From Spirochaetia bacterium (lineage in GTDB: Bacteria > Spirochaetota > Spirochaetia > DAHUYW01): a stretch of 64,000 bases of DNA. The position numbers and the translations under genes were made by a program. The notes under the pieces were generated by a model. The model did not search any database. It saw nothing but the letters and a program-made list of their open reading frames with translations, and was not told the DNA's origin. The stretch covers positions 19,787-83,786 of the forward strand of contig JASHNV010000119.1 of NCBI GenBank assembly GCA_030041455.1. Reading direction: 5' to 3'. Of the stretch, positions 58,889 to 64,000 are shown piece by piece (within the stretch, counting starts at the first letter, position 1; every line of letters begins with the position of its first letter).

Positions 58889-59976
58889 TCGAGCTCGAGG
58901 GGGTCACGAAGCGCTACGGCGACGTCGTGGCGGTCGAGGATCTCTCGTTCTCGGTCGCCGACGGGGAGGTCTGCGTCCTGATCGGGCCGTCGGGCTGCGG
59001 GAAGTCGACGACGATCAAGATGATCAACCGCGTGATCGAGCCGAGCTCGGGGAGGATCCTCATCGACGGGAAGCCCGCGGGCGGCGAGCGGCCCGAGGTC
59101 CTGCGGAGGCGGATCGGCTACGTCATCCAGAGCATCGGACTTTTTCCCCACATGAGCGTCGCCGAGAACATCGCGGTCGTCCCGAAGCTCCTGCGCTGGG
59201 ACGCCGCGCGGATCCGCTTCCGGGTCGACGAGCTCCTCGCCCTGATCGGCTTGAATCCCGAGAGCTACCGCGGGAAATACCCGCGGGATCTCTCAGGCGG
59301 CGAGGCGCAGCGGATCGGCGTCGCGCGGGCGCTCGCCGCCGACCCCCCGCTCCTCCTCATGGACGAGCCGTTCGGCGCGGTCGACCCCCTCGGCAGGCTC
59401 GGCCTCCAGAGCGAGTTCCTCAAGATCCAGCGCCGCCTGCGCAAGACCGTGATCTTCGTCACCCACGACCTCGACGAGGCGATCCGCATCGCCGACAGGA
59501 TCGTCCTGCTCGACCGCGGAAGGCTCGTTCAGGAGGACACCCCCGAGCGGCTCCTCTCGGAGCCCCGGAACGGCTTCGTGAAGAGCTTCGTCGGCACCGA
59601 CCGCGCGCTGAAGCGGCTTTCGAGGTTCCTCGTCGCCGATCACCTTCGCCCGGCGCGCTCGCTCTCCGTCGACGACCCGGAGCTCGCCTCCCGCGCCGGA
59701 GCGCTGAAGGAGGAGGGAGCGCGCTTCGCGTGGATCTCCGACCGAGCCGGCAGGCTCTTCGGGTGGCTCGATCTCGCCGAGGCGCTCGGCGACCCCACGC
59801 GCTCCCTGACGCGCGCGGCGCCCTCCGAGACCGGAGTCCTCCCGACCGACAGCCTGCGCGACGCCCTGTCGAGGATGCTCGGCCAGGGGATCACGGTGGT
59901 TCCCGTCGTGGACGACGACGGAAGGCTCGTAGGCGAGCTCTCGCTCGCCGACGTCGAGCGGCTCACCGAGGTTTGA
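58885..59976 (+). CDS. Osmoprotectant ABC transporter ATP-binding protein with C-terminal CBS pair (OpuCA/ProV-like)
   Basis: 363 aa. GTG start overlapping the permease stop (GTGA). Walker A (GPSGCGKST), signature (LSGGEAQR). CBS-like C-terminal region. Confidence 0.85.
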   Translation: MIELEGVTKRYGDVVAVEDLSFSVADGEVCVLIGPSGCGKSTTIKMINRVIEPSSGRILIDGKPAGGERPEVLRRRIGYVIQSIGLFPHMSVAENIAVVPKLLRWDAARIRFRVDELLALIGLNPESYRGKYPRDLSGGEAQRIGVARALAADPPLLLMDEPFGAVDPLGRLGLQSEFLKIQRRLRKTVIFVTHDLDEAIRIADRIVLLDRGRLVQEDTPERLLSEPRNGFVKSFVGTDRALKRLSRFLVADHLRPARSLSVDDPELASRAGALKEEGARFAWISDRAGRLFGWLDLAEALGDPTRSLTRAAPSETGVLPTDSLRDALSRMLGQGITVVPVVDDDGRLVGELSLADVERLTEV

Positions 59977-59981
59977 GCACG

Positions 59982-60731
59982 TTGAAGCGCGCGAGGCGAC
60001 CGCTCCTTCCCTGGGTTCTCACCGCCGCGCTCGCGGCGGCGTTCTGCCTCCTCGCCGCCGACACCGAGATCTGGAAGGCGGGCCTTGCGCTCCTTTTTCC
60101 GGGCGCCTCGGAGCTTGTCTTCCCGCGGGAGAGCGTCGGCTCGCTCGTGGCGGAGCACCTCCTCCTCGTCGCCGTCTCGACGGCGCTCGCCGCGGCGCTC
60201 GGCATCGGAATCGGAACGTTGGTCACTCGAGGCCGGGGCAGGGCCTTCCTCGGCATCGTCGGGGATCTGACCGCGCTCGGCCAGACCGTCCCCCCGGTCG
60301 CCGTCCTCGCGCTCTCGGTCCCCCTCCTCGGTTTCGGCGCGGCGCCGACGGTGCTCGCGCTCTTTCTCTACGGCCTCCTTCCGATCCTCCGCAATACGGT
60401 CGCCGGCCTCGGCGGCGTGCCGCCTGAGGTGATCGAGGCGGCGCGGGGCATGGGGATGACCTCCCGGCAGTGCCTGTTCAAGGCGGAGCTTCCGCTCGCG
60501 ATCCCGGTCATCATGGCGGGCGTTCGAACCGCCGGGGTCGTCAACGTGGGCACCGCGGCGATCGGCGCGGTGGTCGGCGCCGGAGGTCTCGGCGCTCCGA
60601 TCATATCGGGGCTCGTCCGCGAGAACCCCTCGTTCGTGACCGAGGGCGCCGTCGCGGCGGGGCTCCTCGCGCTCGTCGTGGACCAGATTCTCGCGCGCGT
60701 CGAGTCGGCGCTCGGCGCCGTGTCGCGGTAG
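59982..60731 (+). CDS. Osmoprotectant ABC transporter permease (OpuCD-like)
   Basis: About 250 aa. Only available start is a TTG 6 nt after the ATPase stop. BPD-transport domain (LLPILRNTVAGLGGVPPEVIEAARGMGMT). Confidence 0.7.
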   Translation: MKRARRPLLPWVLTAALAAAFCLLAADTEIWKAGLALLFPGASELVFPRESVGSLVAEHLLLVAVSTALAAALGIGIGTLVTRGRGRAFLGIVGDLTALGQTVPPVAVLALSVPLLGFGAAPTVLALFLYGLLPILRNTVAGLGGVPPEVIEAARGMGMTSRQCLFKAELPLAIPVIMAGVRTAGVVNVGTAAIGAVVGAGGLGAPIISGLVRENPSFVTEGAVAAGLLALVVDQILARVESALGAVSR

Positions 60732-60737
60732 CGTCCG

Positions 60738-61595
60738 TTAGGAGGGGATCGGCGGCTCGAGCGAGTCGATGTCGATCGCCTGAGGCTGCGCCTGAGGCAC
60801 CTTCACGGCCTGGATCCTGCGGTCCATGTCGGCCTGCAGCACCCCGTAGATGAAAGCGTGGAGCCGCTCGGTGGTCTTGCTGTCGATGTCCTTGTCGAAC
60901 AGGACGACGTAGAGCTCGCCGTCCTGCGGGGAGCTGCGCCTCCCGGCGACCGTGCCGGTCACCCTGCACAGCCTCCCGCGGAGCTTGAGCTGGATGTCGG
61001 GGAAGCGCGTGCTCGGCTCGAAGCGCGCGGAGCGCGCGTCGAAGACGCAGGCCATCCCCGCCGAGCTGATGTCGCGGATCACGCCGGCGTGGTAGCTGCC
61101 GTTGTACTTGACGTTGAACGCCGCGAGGGAGCCGTCGTTGCAGACGGCGCGGACGAATCTCCGCTTGTCCTCCGCGTGGATCGCTTTCAGGGCGGCGAGC
61201 ACGAGCTTCGTCGATTCCTCGGCGCCCGCCCGCAGCCGGATGAAACCGCAGGGAACCTTGAGCTCGACGAGGTACTTCCGCAGGAGCTCCCGCTCCTCCC
61301 TGAACGAGACGACCCCGATCTGAACGCCCGCCGTCTCGGCGGAGCCCATGAGCGAGCGCACGTACTCGGCGCAGTCGAGCCCCTTCACCTCGTTATCGAC
61401 GTTCACGAACAGGACCGAGCGCTCGAACTGCCGCAGGAGCGGCACGAGCTTCACGTGGTCCTGGATCATGTAGACCTCGTACTCGCTCTGGATGATGCTC
61501 TGGACCATCTCCTCCAGGATCACCTTCGGCGGGTAGAGGAAGAACACCTTGCGGCCCCAGCCGTCGGCCGCCTGACTCGCGGGTCGATCTGCCAA
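60738..61595 (-). CDS. PilZ-domain c-di-GMP receptor, two-domain PlzA/YcgR-like architecture
   Basis: 285 aa. C-terminal half carries the PilZ motifs RxxxR (KRRFVR) and DxSxxG (DISSAGM) at canonical spacing. N-terminal half is a second beta-rich domain. Confidence 0.55.
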   Translation of the reverse strand: MADRPASQAADGWGRKVFFLYPPKVILEEMVQSIIQSEYEVYMIQDHVKLVPLLRQFERSVLFVNVDNEVKGLDCAEYVRSLMGSAETAGVQIGVVSFREERELLRKYLVELKVPCGFIRLRAGAEESTKLVLAALKAIHAEDKRRFVRAVCNDGSLAAFNVKYNGSYHAGVIRDISSAGMACVFDARSARFEPSTRFPDIQLKLRGRLCRVTGTVAGRRSSPQDGELYVVLFDKDIDSKTTERLHAFIYGVLQADMDRRIQAVKVPQAQPQAIDIDSLEPPIPS

Positions 61596-61609
61596 GCGCT
61601 ACCTCCCGA

Positions 61610-62302
61610 TCACGAGATCCACCGCCCGGGCGCCATCCCGGCCGAAAGGCCCCTGCGGAGGTGGGCGAGATACTCGCGGCGCCCGATCTCCCGGGCGCCG
61701 AAGCGCTCGAGGTGGTCGGTTCGCACCTGACAATCGATCAGGGAAAGGCCCGCCGCCTTCAGGCGCTCCGCGAGGGCGACGAACGCGACTTTCGAGGCGT
61801 CCGGCGCGCTGCTGAACATCGATTCTCCCATGAACAGGCTCCCGAGGGAGACGCCGTACAGCCCTCCGGCGAGCCGCTCTCCGTCGAACGCCTCGGCGCT
61901 GTGGGCGTAGCCGAGGCGGTGCAGCTCGACGTAGGCCGATATGATCTCCGGAACGATCCAGGTTCCGCTCTGGCCCGCTCGCGGCGCCCCGGCGCACGCC
62001 CTGATGACCTCCTCGAAGCGGGTGTCGAAGGCGACGCGGTAGATCCCGCGGCGGATCGTCCTCGCGAGCGATCTCGGGACGTGCAGCTCGGCGGGAAACA
62101 GGACGAACCTCGGATCGGGGCTCCACCACAGGATGGGCTCGCCGTCAGAATACCACGGAAAGATCCCCTGCCGGTAGGCGGAAAGGAGCATACCGGGGGA
62201 GAGATTTCCGCCGACCGCCACGATGCCCTCGGGGCTCGCGCCGTCGACGGACGGAAAGCGAAAGCTCGCGTGCTCGTCGAGATAGGGGATCTTACGATCC
62301 AC
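61610..62302 (-). CDS. aat: Leucyl/phenylalanyl-tRNA--protein transferase
   Basis: 230 aa. GTG start. Conserved GIFPWYS, WWSPDPR and LHxPRSL motifs. Confidence 0.9.
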   Translation of the reverse strand: MDRKIPYLDEHASFRFPSVDGASPEGIVAVGGNLSPGMLLSAYRQGIFPWYSDGEPILWWSPDPRFVLFPAELHVPRSLARTIRRGIYRVAFDTRFEEVIRACAGAPRAGQSGTWIVPEIISAYVELHRLGYAHSAEAFDGERLAGGLYGVSLGSLFMGESMFSSAPDASKVAFVALAERLKAAGLSLIDCQVRTDHLERFGAREIGRREYLAHLRRGLSAGMAPGRWIS

Positions 62303-64000
62303 GCTTCTCCGTCCGGATCACCACCTTGCCGTCCGCGACGTCGGCGATCGCCTTGCCGCCTCCCGACAGGTCGCCGAAGAGGACCGCGTCGACAAAGTAA
62401 TGCTTGATCTCGTCCTGGACAAGCCTCGCGATGTTGCGGGCGCCGAAGTCCGGCGAGTATCCCTCGCGGGCGATCCACTCGCGCGCCGCGTCGCTCACCT
62501 CGAGGACGACCGATTTCTCGGCTAGCTGCTTTTGGAAGGCGCGGATCTCCTTGTCGACGATCTCGAGAACGATCCGCTCGTCGAGCCTGCCGAAGGCGAC
62601 GACCTTGTCGAGCCGGTTGCGGAACTCGGGAGCGAAGGTGCGCTCCACCGCCTCCTTCACCGCCGACTCGGTCACGACCCGCTGGCCGAAGCCGATGAGC
62701 GGCTTGCCGAGCTCGCGGGCGCCGGCGTTGGAGGTCATGATGATGATCACGTTGCGGAAGTCGGCCTTCCGCCCCGTGTTGTCGGTGAGGGTGGCGTAGT
62801 CCATGACCTGCAGCAGCACGTTGAAGATGTCCGGATGCGCCTTCTCCACCTCGTCGAGGAGGAGCACCGCATGGGGGGTCTTGCGGATCGCGTCGGTAAG
62901 CTGGCCGCCCTCCTCGTATCCCACGTAGCCCGGCGGCGAGCCGATCAGGCGCGCGACCGTGTGCTTCTCCTGGTACTCGCTCATGTCGAAGCGGAGAAGC
63001 GACACGCCGAGGATGTCCGCAAGCTGCCGGGCGAGCTCGGTCTTGCCGACGCCGGTCGGCCCGACGAACAGGAAGGAGGCGACCGGCTTGTTCGGCTCGC
63101 GAAAGCCGGCCCTCGACCGCTTGACCGCGGCGACCACCGCCTCGATCGCGGCGTCCTGGCCGAAGATTCGCGCCTTCAGCTGCGCGTCGAGATCCTTCAG
63201 ACGGGTCACCTCGGTCGCGCCGACCGACTTCTCCGGGATCCTCGCGATCTTGGCGACGACCTTCTCGATCTCGCCGGCCTCGATGACCGTCTCCGCCTGC
63301 TCCGCTTTGTCACGGCCCTCCTTATACGCGAGAATCCGCATGTAGGCGCCCGCTTCGTCCATGACGTCGATCGCTTTGTCGGGAAGCATCCGGTCGTTGA
63401 TGAACTGCGCGGAGAGATCGACCGCGGCGCGCAGCGCCTCGTCGGTGTACCTCACCTCGTGGTACTTCTCGTAGCGATCGCGCAGGCCGAGGAGGATCTC
63501 ATAGGTTTCGTCGGGGGTGGTCTCGTTCACCTCGATCTTCTGGAAGCGCCGGGAGAGCGCGCGATCCTTGTCGAAGAACTTCTTGAACTCGTCGTAGGTG
63601 GTCGAGCCCATACAGCGGAGCTTGCCGGAGGCGAGCGCCGGTTTCAGGAGATTGGAAGCGTCCATCGAGCCTCCGGAGACCGCGCCCGCGCCGACGACCG
63701 TGTGAATCTCGTCGATGAAAAGGATGACCTGCTCCTGCTCCTCGAGCTCCTTGAGAACCTTCTTGATGCGCTCCTCGAAGTCCCCGCGGAACTTGGTCCC
63801 CGCGAGAAGCCCGCCCATGTCGAGGGAGTAGACCCGGTAGCCGCGCAGGAGCGACGGCACCTTCGCGGCGGCGATCCGCTGGGCAAGCCCTTCGGCGACG
63901 GCAGTCTTTCCGACCCCGGGGTCGCCCACGAGCACGGGGTTGTTCTTCAACCGCCGGCAGAGCACCTGGATCGTGCGCTCGAGGATGTCCTCGCGGCCGA
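62292..64000 (-). CDS. clpA: ATP-dependent Clp protease ATP-binding subunit ClpA (5' end beyond window)
   Basis: Two AAA+ modules (GDPGVGKTA; GPTGVGKTE), sensor and C-terminal D2-small domain. The reading frame continues without a start through position 64000. Overlaps aat by 11 nt. Confidence 0.9.
   Translation of the reverse strand, partial: GREDILERTIQVLCRRLKNNPVLVGDPGVGKTAVAEGLAQRIAAAKVPSLLRGYRVYSLDMGGLLAGTKFRGDFEERIKKVLKELEEQEQVILFIDEIHTVVGAGAVSGGSMDASNLLKPALASGKLRCMGSTTYDEFKKFFDKDRALSRRFQKIEVNETTPDETYEILLGLRDRYEKYHEVRYTDEALRAAVDLSAQFINDRMLPDKAIDVMDEAGAYMRILAYKEGRDKAEQAETVIEAGEIEKVVAKIARIPEKSVGATEVTRLKDLDAQLKARIFGQDAAIEAVVAAVKRSRAGFREPNKPVASFLFVGPTGVGKTELARQLADILGVSLLRFDMSEYQEKHTVARLIGSPPGYVGYEEGGQLTDAIRKTPHAVLLLDEVEKAHPDIFNVLLQVMDYATLTDNTGRKADFRNVIIIMTSNAGARELGKPLIGFGQRVVTESAVKEAVERTFAPEFRNRLDKVVAFGRLDERIVLEIVDKEIRAFQKQLAEKSVVLEVSDAAREWIAREGYSPDFGARNIARLVQDEIKHYFVDAVLFGDLSGGGKAIADVADGKVVIRTEKRGS

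Overview
The window is about 68% GC and gene-dense. Ordinary housekeeping genes are interleaved with accessory loci. Gene order and domain architectures resemble Spirochaetota; this is an inference. The evidence is a short-form alaS next to a fliG paralog carrying an N-terminal extension, a PlzA-like PilZ protein, an HD-GYP phosphodiesterase and a TGS-uridine-kinase fusion.

Confidently recognisable genes: ligA, dnaE, recG, rsmD, hisZ-hisG-hisB, alaS, tRNA-Phe(GAA), tyrS-glyQS-gltX, an alanine-type aminotransferase, a csoR-copA copper module, aat-clpA (N-end rule), an OpuC-type osmoprotectant ABC transporter, an ABC-2 exporter pair, a CUT2 sugar ABC transporter with divergent lacI, and a small sugar-acid catabolic set (SDR dehydrogenase, HpcH aldolase, SMP-30 lactonase, cupin isomerase).

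The most unusual locus is at 7272-13879. A specialised NusG paralog (UpxY/LoaP/RfaH-like) sits at the head of a co-directional, overlapping gene string. The string encodes a PglF/CapD-like nucleotide-sugar dehydratase and a DegT-family sugar aminotransferase. It is followed directly by a divergent xanthine-dehydrogenase-family molybdenum hydroxylase in the order large subunit, 2Fe-2S subunit, FAD subunit. The 2Fe-2S and FAD reading frames are one continuous frame interrupted only by a single TAG.

Other observations: sigma70-like promoters with TATAGT/TATACT -10 boxes in AT-richer islands, a CsoR-operator-like palindrome, repeated GTAAC motifs in the lacI divergent region, and a pair of mutually exclusive GC hairpins with a Shine-Dalgarno sequence in one loop.

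Many long ORFs on the opposite strand of real genes are artefacts of the high GC content and were not called. Coordinates come from the supplied ORF track where possible. Hand-counted positions for RNA and regulatory sites may be off by 1-2 nt.
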